From Candidatus Saccharimonadota bacterium (GTDB taxonomy: Bacteria > Pseudomonadota > Gammaproteobacteria > Enterobacterales > Enterobacteriaceae), in contig CP001817.1 of assembly GCA_000217635.1 (NCBI GenBank), forward strand, positions 60,001 through 92,000: 32,000 bases of DNA, written 5' to 3'. Shown here in pieces: positions 8,989 to 20,200 of this stretch; within the stretch, counting starts at the first letter, position 1, and every line of letters begins with the position of its first letter. The notes beneath the pieces were generated by a model. It was not told the DNA's origin. It did not search any database and saw only the letters and a list, made by a program, of their open reading frames with translations. A program made the position numbers and the translations under genes.

Positions 8989-10122
8989 ATGCATTCTTCA
9001 ACTTTAAAGCTTGCGCAAGAATTAATTAATATTCCATCGATTAGTCCAAATGATTTAGGTTGTCAGGATATTTTAATTCAAAGATTATTAAGATGCGGTT
9101 TTACGGTCGAATTAATCAATTTAAAAGATACTAAAAATTTTTGGGCATGGAAGGGGGTCGGGGGAAAAACATTAAGTTTTGCGGGACATACAGATGTTGT
9201 TCCAGCTGGATCAATTAAAAAATGGAATTTTCCTCCGTTTTGCGCTACCATAAAAGATGGATTTTTATTTGGTAGAGGGGCAGCGGATATGAAGGGAGCT
9301 TTATCTGCTATGGTAGTTGCTGTTGAAAAATTTTTAATAAAAAAACCAATTTATTCAGGTCGTATATCATTTTTAATCACTTCAGATGAAGAATCCTCTG
9401 GTAAATATGGAACTAAACATGTGGTATCAGTTTTAAAAAATAGAAAAGAATTAATAGATTACTGTATTATTGGTGAACCGACTAGTGAATATGTATTAGG
9501 TGATTGTATTAAAAATGGTCGTCGTGGTTCTATGAGTGCTAAATTAACTATTTATGGTGTACAAGGTCATATCGCATACCCACATTTAGCTATAAATCCT
9601 ATTCATCAATCATTACCTTTCTTATCTGAACTATCCAAGTTATCTTTAGATCATGGAAATAGTTTTTTTTTACCATCGCAAATACAAATATCTAATATCC
9701 AAATAAGTAAAAAATATTCTAGTAATATGATTCCCGGATCTTTAAATATAGAGTTTAATATACGTTTCAATGGTATATTAATAGATCAAAAAATTCAGGA
9801 AATTATTTTAGAATTACTAAAAAAATATTTATTAAATTATTCCATAAAATGGACTATACATGCTCAACCTTTTTATTCGAATACAAATTTTTTAAGTAAA
9901 ATTGTTTCTGAAAGTATATTTTTTAATAATAATATTATACCAAATGTTAATACCTCTGGTGGAACTTCTGATGGCCGTTTTATATGTAATATTGCAAATG
10001 AAATAATAGAGTTAGGGTTAGAAAATTGTACAATTCATAAAATCAATGAATGTATTAGTATAAAAAATTTACATTTATTACAAAAAATATATGAGCGAAT
10101 TTTAGATAATATATTTAGATAA
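8989..10122 (+). CDS. dapE: Succinyl-diaminopimelate desuccinylase
   Basis: The 377-aa ORF (E. coli DapE is 375 aa) has M20 peptidase motifs (AGHTDVVP, RGAADMKG, SDEE, GGTSDGRF). Confidence 0.9.
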   Translation: MHSSTLKLAQELINIPSISPNDLGCQDILIQRLLRCGFTVELINLKDTKNFWAWKGVGGKTLSFAGHTDVVPAGSIKKWNFPPFCATIKDGFLFGRGAADMKGALSAMVVAVEKFLIKKPIYSGRISFLITSDEESSGKYGTKHVVSVLKNRKELIDYCIIGEPTSEYVLGDCIKNGRRGSMSAKLTIYGVQGHIAYPHLAINPIHQSLPFLSELSKLSLDHGNSFFLPSQIQISNIQISKKYSSNMIPGSLNIEFNIRFNGILIDQKIQEIILELLKKYLLNYSIKWTIHAQPFYSNTNFLSKIVSESIFFNNNIIPNVNTSGGTSDGRFICNIANEIIELGLENCTIHKINECISIKNLHLLQKIYERILDNIFR

Positions 10123-10196
10123 CAAATATATTATATTTATATATAGTTATTATATTAATTAATTATATTAATAGTAAAAAAAGTTTTAAATTGTAT

Positions 10197-10234
10197 TTAT
10201 GCAATGATAAATGAATTTTTTCATCATTGCATAA
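10197..10234. terminator. Inverted repeat between convergent dapE and dapA; possible bidirectional terminator
   Basis: ttatgcaatgat (10197-10208) is the perfect reverse complement of atcattgcataa (10223-10234), with a 14-nt loop. It sits between the dapE stop (10122) and the reconstructed dapA stop (10245). The flanking T-runs are weak. Confidence 0.4.
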
Positions 10235-10244
10235 GATGCGTTTT

Positions 10245-11130
10245 CTAAAGTTTTTTTAGTCCAAATATATCGATAGCTTTTTGAAGATTCTTTTTATTTT
10301 TATTTAACAATGGAGTTAATGGTAATCTAACTATATCTGTTTCAATTAAATTAAGATATTTAGCGGCCCATTTTATTGGAATAGGATTAGGTTCTTGAAA
10401 AAGAAGGTTGTTTATTTCTCTGATTTTTTTTTTCTTTTAAACGCGCTTTTACAAAATTTCCTTGTAACGCTAAGTCAAATATTTTTTTCATATATTTTGC
10501 TGCAATATTTGCAGTAACAGAAATTATACCATGTCCGCCTAACTGCATAAAATCTAATGCTGTTTTATCATCTCCGCTAATTAGAAGAAAATCTTTTTGA
10601 ATTAATGTTTTTAATTGGCTAACTCTAGATAAATCTCCGGTTGCATCTTTTATTCCGATAATATTATGAAATTTTGATAGTCTTGCGATAGTTTCAGGTA
10701 ATAAATCGCATCCAGTTCGACTTGGAACATTATATAATATCTGTGGTAATTCTGTAGCTTCTGAAATTGCTTGAAAGTGAAGATATAACCCTTCTTGTGT
10801 TGGACGATTATAATATGGAGTAACATTTAAACATCCAGAAATTCCAGATTTTTCAAATTTTTTAGTCAGTAGAATACTTTCAGATGTAGAATTAGATCCG
10901 GTTCCAGCAATAATTGGAATTTTTCCATCTGCTATTTCTAAAGTAGTCATAATTACGTTAATATGTTCATCTTTATTTAATGTAGCTGATTCTCCAGTGG
11001 TACCCACTGAAATAATAGCAGTGGTATTATTTTTAATATGATAATCAATTAAATTTTTTAAACTTTTTTTACAAAGATTTCCTTGTATATCCATAGGGGT
11101 AATTAAAGCTACCATACTACCTTTAAACAT
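10245..11130 (-). CDS. dapA: 4-hydroxy-tetrahydrodipicolinate synthase, with a frameshift in a sense-strand A10 tract
   Basis: ORF 10387..11130 (247 aa) aligns to E. coli DapA up to ...GNFVKARL, then reads junk ([16 protein letters not shown]). After the A10 run (T10 on the plus strand, 10424-10433), a shifted frame reads [40 protein letters not shown]...GLKKL*. This matches the E. coli segment [39 protein letters not shown]... and stops at 10245-10247. Confidence 0.88.
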
Positions 11131-11467
11131 TTTTTATTCCTTATAAATATAATATTTTTTTATATTTTTATTTTTGTTATATTATTATTTATTTTGTTTT
11201 TTTAAATTTTTATTTTTCTTGAATGAACTTTAAAATAATAATATTAGTAAGAATATATATTTATTTTATATATTTTTATGTATAGTAGATTTTATAAATT
11301 TTTATTTTTTATTATTAATTTATGGTTTTTTATATATTAATTTCTTTTTATATTTAGCATGAATATTATATAGGTAGGTATATTTTTGATTTTTTTTAAT
11401 AATTAAATATTCATAATAATGATAAAATAATTTTTTATTATATATACAATTTATTATTTTTCTTATT

Positions 11468-12547
11468 TTATCTTGGAATGTTTATTAAAGTATTACATTG
11501 AGCGCGATGTCTTAGTATATGATCCATTAAAATAATGGCTAACATAGCTTCAGCAATAGGTACCGCCCTAATTCCTACGCAAGGATCGTGTCTTCCTTTA
11601 GTTATAATAGATGTTTCTATACCTTTTTTTGTAATTGTTTTTCCCGGAATTTTTATACTAGAAGTTGGTTTAAAAGCGGCTTTTACAATAATATCGTTTC
11701 CATTACTGATGCCACCTAAAATTCCTCCAGAATGATTACTAGAAAATCCGTTTTTATACATTTCATCTCTATGTAAACTTCCTAGTTGTTGTGCAACATC
11801 AGTTCCATCTCCGATTTCTATAGATTTTGATGCATTTATGCTCATTATTGCATGAGCAATATCTGCGTCTAATCTATCAAATACAGGTTCTCCTAATCCA
11901 ATTGGTATATTTTGCGCGATAATGATAATTTTTGCACCAATTGAATCGCCATTTTTTTTTAATGTTTTTATTTTTTGACTTAATTGTATTATTTTATTTG
12001 GATTACTACAAAAGAAAGGATTTTTTTCAATTTCTTTCCATGATTTAAAGGGACAATAGATATCTCCCATTTGTGATAGATATCCTCTGATTTTGATTCC
12101 ATATATATAATTTAAATATTTTTTTGCAATTGCACCAGCTGCTACACGTATTGCTGTTTCTCGTGCAGAAGCGCGTCCTCCGCCTCTATAATCTCTAATC
12201 CCATATTTTTTTTCGTATGTATAATCAGCATGATTAGGGCGATATATATTTTTTATTTCAGAATAATCTTTTGAACGTATGTCAGTATTAAGAATCGTAA
12301 TACCAATACTTGTTCCAGTAGTATATCCATTAAAAGTTCCTGAAAAAATATTAACTTTATCTTCTTCTCGTCTTTTTGTTGTATATTTTGAAAAACCTGG
12401 TTTTCTTCGATTTAAATCATTTTGTAAATCAATTTCAGACAATGGAAATTTTGGTGGCATACCATCAATAATGCCTGCCAACATTGAACCATGTGATTCG
12501 CCGCACGTTGTTACACGAAATAGTTTACCGATTGTATTTCCTGCCAT
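11468..12547 (-). CDS. aroC: Chorismate synthase
   Basis: The 359-aa ORF (E. coli AroC is 361 aa) begins [20 protein letters not shown] and has a conserved RHDPCV region. Confidence 0.93.
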   Translation of the reverse strand: MAGNTIGKLFRVTTCGESHGSMLAGIIDGMPPKFPLSEIDLQNDLNRRKPGFSKYTTKRREEDKVNIFSGTFNGYTTGTSIGITILNTDIRSKDYSEIKNIYRPNHADYTYEKKYGIRDYRGGGRASARETAIRVAAGAIAKKYLNYIYGIKIRGYLSQMGDIYCPFKSWKEIEKNPFFCSNPNKIIQLSQKIKTLKKNGDSIGAKIIIIAQNIPIGLGEPVFDRLDADIAHAIMSINASKSIEIGDGTDVAQQLGSLHRDEMYKNGFSSNHSGGILGGISNGNDIIVKAAFKPTSSIKIPGKTITKKGIETSIITKGRHDPCVGIRAVPIAEAMLAIILMDHILRHRAQCNTLINIPR

Positions 12548-12812
12548 ATTTTCCTCTTTTTTATTAAAATATACGATATTTTTTTTAGTTATATTATTTA
12601 TAAAACTATTATAATATTTTCATGAATGAAAATAAATTAATAATTATATATTTTTAAAAAAAAATAATTCTTTCTTTATAAGATTATTTTGGATGATGTA
12701 AGATGATATAAAGAATTAATTAAGAAAAATTTTTATATTAGTTTTTTATAACATAAAAAATTATTAACTTATTTTATAAAATATTTATATTAAGAAATAA
12801 ATATATAATTTA

Positions 12813-13391
12813 ATGTATTTATTATATTTAATTAATAATTATTATGGTAAATTTAGTAATGAAAAAAAAAATAAAATCTCCTTTAAAGAAAAAGAGTTTT
12901 TTCTTTATCATATGAGAGGAGTAAAAAAGATAAAACAAGATAGAGTTTATCATAGACCTATATATGGTAAAAAAAAATTACAATGGTATACCAGGCATAT
13001 TATAGAGCAAGACGGACATAGCTTTTATTTCAAAAATCTTACTTTTGAAAAACCTTTTTTTATACGAGAAGATCCTATATTTTTTATACGAAAATTGAAT
13101 TGTAATATTGATATTAAAAAACTAAAAAATGGTGAATATATACCAGAAATTATTTTAGATTTACATGGCGTAAATTTATATGAAGCAGAAAAAGAATTAG
13201 GAAAACTTATTACAATATGTCATCAAGAAAATATTATTTGCGCTAGTATTATTCATGGATATGGAAAAAGGATATTAAAAAATCAAATTCCTTTTTGGTT
13301 AATACAACATCCTGATGTCATAGCATTTCATCAGGCTCCTAAAACTTTTGGATATGATGCTGCTATTTTTATTTTTTTACAAAAAAAATAA
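12813..13391 (+). CDS. smrB: Smr-domain endonuclease SmrB (YfcN)
   Basis: The protein aligns to E. coli SmrB (..MRGVKKIKQDRVYHRP vs ..[16 protein letters not shown]; Smr domain LDLHG...HGYGK...FHQAP). The start is uncertain: 12813 is the ORF-track start and 12859 is an alternative, discussed in a finding. Confidence 0.8.
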   Translation: MYLLYLINNYYGKFSNEKKNKISFKEKEFFLYHMRGVKKIKQDRVYHRPIYGKKKLQWYTRHIIEQDGHSFYFKNLTFEKPFFIREDPIFFIRKLNCNIDIKKLKNGEYIPEIILDLHGVNLYEAEKELGKLITICHQENIICASIIHGYGKRILKNQIPFWLIQHPDVIAFHQAPKTFGYDAAIFIFLQKK

Positions 13392-13724
13392 TTCTTATTT
13401 TTTTAATTAAAATTGTTATTAAAATAACGATATAGTTTTGTATTAATTTTAAAAAATTTAATTGTTATATTTTATTTTATTATTTTTTTAATATTTATGT
13501 ATTGAATATATTTTGATTTTTTTTTAATTAAATAAAAATTTTTATATATAAATAAATATTATAAATTTTTTTATTTAATTAAATATAAATTCGAATATTC
13601 ATTTTAATAATATAAATATATAAAAAATAATAATTTTTTTTGTTTTATCTTTTTTTATAAAAAATAAATTTTTATAATATATTATGATAATATCATATAG
13701 TTATATTAATAAAGGATTTTATTT

Positions 13725-14630
13725 ATGTTAAGTAAAAATCGTTTGCGTTTGGCGATACAAAAATCAGGTCGTTTAAGTCGTGATTCACAGAATTTATTAA
13801 AAAAATGTGGTATAAAAATTAATTTACAAAAATCTAGCTTAATGGCTTTTGCTGAAAATATGCCAATTGATATTATGTTAGTAAGAGATGATGATATACC
13901 TGGATTAATTATGGATGGAGTAGTAGAATTAGGAATTGTAGGTATAAATGTTTTAGAGGAAGAAAAATTAGCAAGAAAATTTTTAGGAACAGCTGCGCAG
14001 TCATATAAAATTTTACAAAATTTAGATTTTGGTTTATGTAGATTATCTTTAGCAGTACCTATGGATACGGAATACTTAAATGTTTTTTGCTTAAAAAATG
14101 CGCGAATTGCTACTTCGTATCCTCATTTATTAAAAAAATATTTTGATAAAAAAGTATTTTTTTTTAAACCATTTGTTTTAAATGGGTCAGTTGAAGTAGC
14201 ATCTAATGCTGGATTAGCAGATGCTATTTGCGATCTTGTATCAACGGGAGCAACATTGGAAGCTAATGGATTAAAAGAAGTGGAAGTAATTTATCGATCT
14301 AGTGCGTGTTTAGTATCTCAAAATATGAACAATATTCCATTATTTAAGTATCAATTAATTAAAAAATTATTAACACGTATTCAGGGAGTAATTAAAGCTA
14401 GAGAATCTAAATATATAATGTTACATGCTCCTCGCGAAAAATTAGAAAAAGTGATTGGTTTATTAAAGGGAGCTGAACGACCTACTGTTTTAGAATTAGT
14501 TGGAGATAATAGTAAAGTAGTATTACATATGGTGAGTAGTGAAACAGTATTTTGGGAAACTATGGAAAAATTAAAGAAATTAGGAGCTAGTTCTATATTG
14601 GTTTTACCAATTGAAAAAATGATGGAATAA
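13725..14630 (+). CDS. hisG: ATP phosphoribosyltransferase (long form)
   Basis: The 301-aa ORF has N-terminus [12 protein letters not shown], as in E. coli HisG (299 aa), and is the first gene of a his cluster in canonical order. Confidence 0.92.
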   Translation: MLSKNRLRLAIQKSGRLSRDSQNLLKKCGIKINLQKSSLMAFAENMPIDIMLVRDDDIPGLIMDGVVELGIVGINVLEEEKLARKFLGTAAQSYKILQNLDFGLCRLSLAVPMDTEYLNVFCLKNARIATSYPHLLKKYFDKKVFFFKPFVLNGSVEVASNAGLADAICDLVSTGATLEANGLKEVEVIYRSSACLVSQNMNNIPLFKYQLIKKLLTRIQGVIKARESKYIMLHAPREKLEKVIGLLKGAERPTVLELVGDNSKVVLHMVSSETVFWETMEKLKKLGASSILVLPIEKMME

Positions 14631-14638
14631 AAATAATT

Positions 14639-15943
14639 ATGTATAAAATAAGTAAAAATATTTTTAACTGGGATAATATGAGTATTATTGAAAAAATAAA
14701 TATTATTACGTCCGTTAATAATAAAAAATGTGAAATTCAAAATAAAGTTTTTAAAATTTTAAAAGATGTTGAAAAACATGGTGATGTTGCTTTAAAGAAG
14801 TATACTTTAAAATTCGATAAAATAAAATTAAACGATTTTTTTGTTTCACGGAAAAGACTAAAAAAATCTTCTTTGTTAGTTAAAAATGATTTTAAAAAAG
14901 CTATATTAATGTCATTTAATAATATCCAAAAATTTCATAAATTGCAGAAAATTAAAGATATCGATGTAAATATATCTTCAGGAATTAGATGTCAACGCAT
15001 TACAACTCCTATAGATTCTATAGGATTATATATTCCCGGTGGCATTACTCCTCTCATTTCAACAGTATTAATGTTATCAATTCCCGCTAAAATAGCAGGA
15101 TGTTCTAACATTGTTTTATGCTCTCCTCCTCCAATTAAAAATGAGATGCTATATGCTGCTAAAATATGTGGTATTAAAAAAATTTTACAATTAGGTGGGG
15201 CGCAAGCAATTGCAGCTTTAGCTTTTGGAACTAATACAATACATAAAGTAAATAAGATTTTTGGACCCGGTAATGCGTTTGTTACAGAAGCTAAAATACA
15301 AGCACGTGAGTTAGTTTCTGGTTTATCTATTGATATGCCAGCTGGCCCTTCAGAAGTCTTAATTATAGCAGATGAATTTTCGAATCCTGAATTTATTGCT
15401 GCTGATTTATTAGCACAAGCAGAACACGATTATAATTCTCAAGTTATGTTATTAACTTCACATAAGAATCTTGCTTATGATGTGTTATTTTATTTAAATA
15501 AGCAAATAAAAAATTTATCCAGAAAAGAATATATAATTAGTTCATGGAAAAATAGTAAAATTATAGTTACTTCTTCTCTTGAAGAATCATTTAATATTTC
15601 TAATCAATATGCACCGGAACATTTAATATTACACCTTCAAAACGCTAGAAAATATTTATCTCAGATAAAAAATGCAGGTTCTATTTTTATAGGATCTTGG
15701 ACTCCGGAGTCAGCAGGTGATTATATTACAGGTACTAATCATGTGCTACCTACGTATGGATATGCAAAAACTTATTCTGGTTTAAGTGTTTTAGATTTTC
15801 AAAAATTAATAACTGTACAAGAAATTAGTAAAATATCTTTAAAAGATTTAGCTAATAATATTTCTATATTGTCAAAAGCAGAAGGTTTGGATGCGCATGA
15901 TTATGCAGTTTCTGTTAGAATGAATTCATGGAAATTTAAATAA
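14639..15943 (+). CDS. hisD: Histidinol dehydrogenase
   Basis: The 434-aa ORF equals E. coli HisD in length, carries the conserved DMPAGPSEVL.. and AEHD motifs, and sits in the correct operon position. Confidence 0.92.
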   Translation: MYKISKNIFNWDNMSIIEKINIITSVNNKKCEIQNKVFKILKDVEKHGDVALKKYTLKFDKIKLNDFFVSRKRLKKSSLLVKNDFKKAILMSFNNIQKFHKLQKIKDIDVNISSGIRCQRITTPIDSIGLYIPGGITPLISTVLMLSIPAKIAGCSNIVLCSPPPIKNEMLYAAKICGIKKILQLGGAQAIAALAFGTNTIHKVNKIFGPGNAFVTEAKIQARELVSGLSIDMPAGPSEVLIIADEFSNPEFIAADLLAQAEHDYNSQVMLLTSHKNLAYDVLFYLNKQIKNLSRKEYIISSWKNSKIIVTSSLEESFNISNQYAPEHLILHLQNARKYLSQIKNAGSIFIGSWTPESAGDYITGTNHVLPTYGYAKTYSGLSVLDFQKLITVQEISKISLKDLANNISILSKAEGLDAHDYAVSVRMNSWKFK

Positions 15944-15964
15944 TTAATAATATTAAAGGTTTGT

Positions 15965-17032
15965 ATGAAAAAATTAGTACCTAATCATATACGTAACTTA
16001 ATACCATATCAATCCGCTAGATGTATTAAGTCAAGCGGTCATGTGTGGTTGAATGCTAATGAGTTACCATTTATTAATGATAATATTTATAAATTTAATA
16101 ATAATTTAAATCGATATCCTGAACCTCAGCCTAAAATTTTATTACAAAAATATTCATATTTTTTAAATATTAGTCCAAAAAATATTTTAGTTACTAGAGG
16201 TTCAGATGAAGGTATTGAATTACTTCTCCGAACGTTTTGTGTTTCAAAAATAGATAAAATTATGATTTTTCCACCAACGTATGATATGTATGAAGTTAGT
16301 GCAAATATTTTTGGTATTGATGTTATAAAAATTAATAGTTTATCTAATTTTCAATTAAACATAGCAGAAATTCAAAACAATTTATCTTATGTAAAAATTA
16401 TTTATTTATGTAATCCAAATAACCCGACAGGAAATTTAATATCTAAAAAAGATATTTATTCAATTTTAAATATACTTAATGGTAAAATTTTGCTAGTAAT
16501 TGATGAAGCATATATTGAATTTTCTGAATCTTCTAGTATGGCAAAAGAATTATATAAATATTCTAATCTTGTAATTTTAAGAACTTTATCAAAAGCTTTT
16601 GGTTTAGCGGGATTAAGATGCGGTTTTATACTTGCGGGTACAAAAATAATAAAATATTTAAAAAAAGTAATCGCTCCTTATCCTATTGCAATTCCCGTTT
16701 CGGATATTGTAAGTGAAGCATTAAGTACTAAAAATATTATGTTTATGAGAAATAATATTAATAAAATTATTAGTTATAAATTATGGTGTATGAATAAATT
16801 AAAAAAATTTTTATTTGTAGAAAAAGTTTTTTTAAGTAGTACGAATTTTATATTAATTAAATGTTATTCATCAGAAAAAATATTTAAATATTTAGAAGAA
16901 AATGGCATTATAGTAAGAAATCAATCGCATAAATTACATTTAAAAAATTGTTTAAGAATATCGATAGGAAAAAAAAATGAATGTGATCAATTGATTAATT
17001 TATTATCTATGGTAGAGGAAAAACATAATTAA
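15965..17032 (+). CDS. hisC: Histidinol-phosphate aminotransferase
   Basis: The 355-aa ORF has the PLP-lysine context RTLSKAFGLAGLRCGF and is in the his operon position. Confidence 0.92.
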   Translation: MKKLVPNHIRNLIPYQSARCIKSSGHVWLNANELPFINDNIYKFNNNLNRYPEPQPKILLQKYSYFLNISPKNILVTRGSDEGIELLLRTFCVSKIDKIMIFPPTYDMYEVSANIFGIDVIKINSLSNFQLNIAEIQNNLSYVKIIYLCNPNNPTGNLISKKDIYSILNILNGKILLVIDEAYIEFSESSSMAKELYKYSNLVILRTLSKAFGLAGLRCGFILAGTKIIKYLKKVIAPYPIAIPVSDIVSEALSTKNIMFMRNNINKIISYKLWCMNKLKKFLFVEKVFLSSTNFILIKCYSSEKIFKYLEENGIIVRNQSHKLHLKNCLRISIGKKNECDQLINLLSMVEEKHN

Positions 17033-17036
17033 TATA

Positions 17037-18099
17037 ATGAAAAAGTTTATTTTTATTGATCGGGATGGAACGTTAATAAAAGAACCTAAAAATTATCAAA
17101 TCGATTGTATAAGTAAATTGTTTTTTGAACCAAATGTAATTATATCATTGTCAAAATTACTTCGTTTTGGGTATAAATTAATATTAATTACTAATCAAGA
17201 TGGTTTAGGTAGCGCTAGTTTTTCTATAAAACATTTTAGCTTTGTACAAAAATTTATGTTACAAATTTTTGCTTCACAAGGTATTCTTTTTGAGAGTATT
17301 TTAATATGTCCTCATTTTGAAAAGGATAATTGTAAATGTCGTAAACCAAATATAGAATTAGTTAGATATTGGGTTCATAATAATATTATGGATAGAAAGA
17401 ATAGTTATGTAATTGGCGATAGAAAAACAGACATACAATTAGCAAAAAACATGGGGATTCGTAGTTTTTTGTATAACGCTAAATTATTATCTTGGGAACA
17501 TATAACTAATATATTAACAACACAAAATCGTTCAGCAGTTGTATTGCGTAAGACAAATGAAACAAAAATTTATATTAAAATTAATTTAGATTGTCCAATA
17601 AAAAATTATATTAATACTGGTATAGAATTTTTAAATCATATGCTTGATCAATTAAGAGTACATAGTGGAATATATTTACATATTGATGTAACAGGAGATT
17701 TAAAGATCGATGATCATCATACTATTGAAGATATTGGTATTGCGTTAGGGTTAGCGTTAAAAAAAGCTTTAGGTAATAAATTTGGAATATCGCGGTATGG
17801 TTTTACTTTACCTATGGATGAAAGTTTATCTTCCTGTGTTTTAGATTTATCGGGACGTATTTCATGTTTTTTTAAAGTAAATTTTAAATATCAATTTATT
17901 GGAGATTTAAATTCTTGTATGATTAAACATTTTTTTCATTCTTTAGCACAATCTATGCAAATTTCGTTACATATATATGCTAAAGGAAAAAAATGATCAT
18001 CATTGCGCAGAAAGTATATTTAAATCCTTTGGACGTACTTTAAAGCAAGCTATTCGTATACAAGATAAAAAGTTACCGACATCAAAAGGTTTATTATAA
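17037..18099 (+). CDS. hisB: Bifunctional histidinol-phosphatase / imidazoleglycerol-phosphate dehydratase, with a frameshift in an A7 tract near the 3' end
   Basis: ORF 17037..17996 ends ...HIYAKGKK*. After the A7 run (17987-17993) the next frame reads [35 protein letters not shown], matching E. coli HisB ...[38 protein letters not shown]. The reconstructed stop at 18097-18099 overlaps the hisH ATG (TAATG). Confidence 0.9.
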
Positions 18100-18689
18100 T
18101 GTCAATTGTTATTGTTAATACAAGCTGTGCAAATTTATTTTCATTGCAAGTAGCAATTAAACGACTAGGTTATAATGCTTTAATTAGTGATCATATACAG
18201 GATATTGTCAATGCTGAAAAGGTTTTTTTTCCCGGCGTGGGATCAGCAAAATCAGTTATGAGGGTATTAAAAAATAAAAATTTAATTAATATAATTCGTA
18301 AATTGACTCAACCGGTTTTAGGAATTTGTTTAGGTATGCAATTATTTTCAAGAACAAGTGCAGAAAGTAATCATTGTAAAATGTTAAAAATTATACCGGA
18401 TATTACAATTAAATTAAATAGTAAAGAATATTCATTACCACATATTGGTTGGAATCAAGTATATTATACTAAAAATAATATTTTATTTAAAAAAATCAAT
18501 CCTGGGACAAGATTTTATTTTTTACATAGTTATTGTATATATATTAGTCAATATACTATAGCATTTACAGAACATGGATCATGTTTTAGTTCTGCTATAC
18601 AAAAAAATAATTTTTTTGGCGTTCAATTTCATCCAGAAAAATCTGGAACAAACGGTTTGCAATTATTAAAAAATTTTTTAGAGATTTAA
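18099..18689 (+). CDS. hisH: Imidazole glycerol phosphate synthase, glutaminase subunit
   Basis: The 196-aa ORF has the class I amidotransferase nucleophile context GICLGMQ and FHPEKS. Confidence 0.92.
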   Translation: MSIVIVNTSCANLFSLQVAIKRLGYNALISDHIQDIVNAEKVFFPGVGSAKSVMRVLKNKNLINIIRKLTQPVLGICLGMQLFSRTSAESNHCKMLKIIPDITIKLNSKEYSLPHIGWNQVYYTKNNILFKKINPGTRFYFLHSYCIYISQYTIAFTEHGSCFSSAIQKNNFFGVQFHPEKSGTNGLQLLKNFLEI

Positions 18690-18692
18690 AAT

Positions 18693-19427
18693 ATGATTAT
18701 TCCATCGTTAGATTATATTCAAGATACTATTGTGAGGTTATATCAAGGTAATTATAATCAAAAAACATTATATAAGTATCAAATCATTAAAAAAATACAT
18801 CAATATATTGATGAAGGAGCAAAACAAATTCATTTAGTAGATTTATGTGGCTGTAAAAACCCTTTAGATAGAAAAAAAGATATAAAAAATATTTTATCAA
18901 TTAATAAAAAAACAATTTTTCAAGTTGGAGGGGGGATAAGGTCTACTGATGATTTAAAAAGTTTGTTTTTAAATGGTGTATCTAAAGTTGTTTTAGGTAC
19001 TGTTTCTATTATAAAACCAGAAAAATTAAAAAAATGGTTAAAATTTTTTAATAGCAACAATATTATTTTGGCAATTGATGTAAAAATAAATTCAAATAAT
19101 CAAAATAAAGTCGCTATAAATGGATGGAAGGAAATTACAAATATTACATTAGAACAATTAATTAATACTTTTTTACCATATGGATTAAAACATGTTTTAT
19201 GTACCGATATATCTCGTGATGGAACATTTTTTGGTCCTAATTTTCATTTATATGATTATTTAGTACAGACGTTTCCTACTATATCTTTTCAAGCATCAGG
19301 CGGCATAAGTGAACTTAATGATATTAAAATTAAAAAAATAGGTGTAAAAAATATAATAATTGGAAAAGCATTGTTAGATAAAAAATTTACCTTGCCGGAG
19401 GCAATACAATGTTGGCAAAGCGTATAA
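18693..19427 (+). CDS. hisA: ProFAR isomerase
   Basis: The 244-aa ORF begins MIIPSLD... (E. coli MIIPALD...), contains [14 protein letters not shown], and ends with C-terminal ..EAIQCWQ. Confidence 0.92.
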   Translation: MIIPSLDYIQDTIVRLYQGNYNQKTLYKYQIIKKIHQYIDEGAKQIHLVDLCGCKNPLDRKKDIKNILSINKKTIFQVGGGIRSTDDLKSLFLNGVSKVVLGTVSIIKPEKLKKWLKFFNSNNIILAIDVKINSNNQNKVAINGWKEITNITLEQLINTFLPYGLKHVLCTDISRDGTFFGPNFHLYDYLVQTFPTISFQASGGISELNDIKIKKIGVKNIIIGKALLDKKFTLPEAIQCWQSV

Positions 19428-20200
19428 TAGCATGTTTAGATATCAAAGATGGATATGTAGTTAAAGGAATGCAATTTAAAAAACACAGAATAATTGGTGA
19501 TATAATTAAGTTAGCAGAATTTTATTCTAATGAAGGTATAGATGAATTAGTTTTGTATGATATCGAAGCATCTTCTTATAATCGTGTTGTTAATAAAAAT
19601 TGGGTTTCAAAAATTGCAGAGGTAATTAATATACCTTTTTCTGTTGCAGGGGGTATTAATTCTATACAAGAAGCAGCAGAAATATTAAAATTAGGTGCTG
19701 ATAAAATTTCTATTAATTCTCCCGCTCTGCTTGATCCTTTTTTTATTAGTCGTTTAGCTGATCGTTTTGGTTCACAATGTGTAGTTATAGGAGTGGATTC
19801 TTGGTTCGATAAAACTACAGGAAAATATGGAGTTTTTCAGTATACTGGAAATTTAAAAAAAATTTGTCAAACTCCATGGAAGACTTTAGATTGGATTAAA
19901 GAAATTCAATCTTTAGGGGCAGGAGAAATTGTTTTAAATACTATGAATACTGATGGTATGAAAAGTGGATATGACATTAATCAATTGTTACAAATACAAG
20001 AAGTATGTAAAATACCATTAATAGCATCTGGTGGTGCAGGTACTATGCAAGATTTTTTGTCTGTTTTTCAAAAAACTCGAGTAGATGGTGCGTTAGCTGC
20101 TTCAGTATTTCATAATAAAATAATATCTATTAATATTTTAAAAGATTTTTTAATAAAAAATGGAGTGGAAATTAGGAAATGTTTGTTGACAAAAATATAG
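19409..20200 (+). CDS. hisF: Imidazole glycerol phosphate synthase, cyclase subunit
   Basis: The 263-aa ORF begins [15 protein letters not shown], as in E. coli HisF. It overlaps the hisA end by 19 nt. Confidence 0.92.
   Translation: MLAKRIIACLDIKDGYVVKGMQFKKHRIIGDIIKLAEFYSNEGIDELVLYDIEASSYNRVVNKNWVSKIAEVINIPFSVAGGINSIQEAAEILKLGADKISINSPALLDPFFISRLADRFGSQCVVIGVDSWFDKTTGKYGVFQYTGNLKKICQTPWKTLDWIKEIQSLGAGEIVLNTMNTDGMKSGYDINQLLQIQEVCKIPLIASGGAGTMQDFLSVFQKTRVDGALAASVFHNKIISINILKDFLIKNGVEIRKCLLTKI

Noticed and set aside
11535-12614. Two plus-strand ORFs (11535..11735 and 12279..12614) opposite aroC
   Set aside because: Both are antisense to an intact, conserved chorismate synthase gene and have a low-complexity hydrophobic composition, so they are spurious.
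13392-13724. Looked for a his leader peptide (a run of His codons) and attenuator hairpins upstream of hisG, as in E. coli
   Set aside because: There is no run of CAT/CAC codons in any frame and no G/C-containing stem-loops. The 333-bp region is plain AT-rich spacer, so there is no evidence of attenuation control.
14381-14740. 119-aa minus-strand ORF spanning the hisG/hisD junction
   Set aside because: It is antisense to two conserved his genes and Asn/Phe/Ile-rich, so it is spurious.
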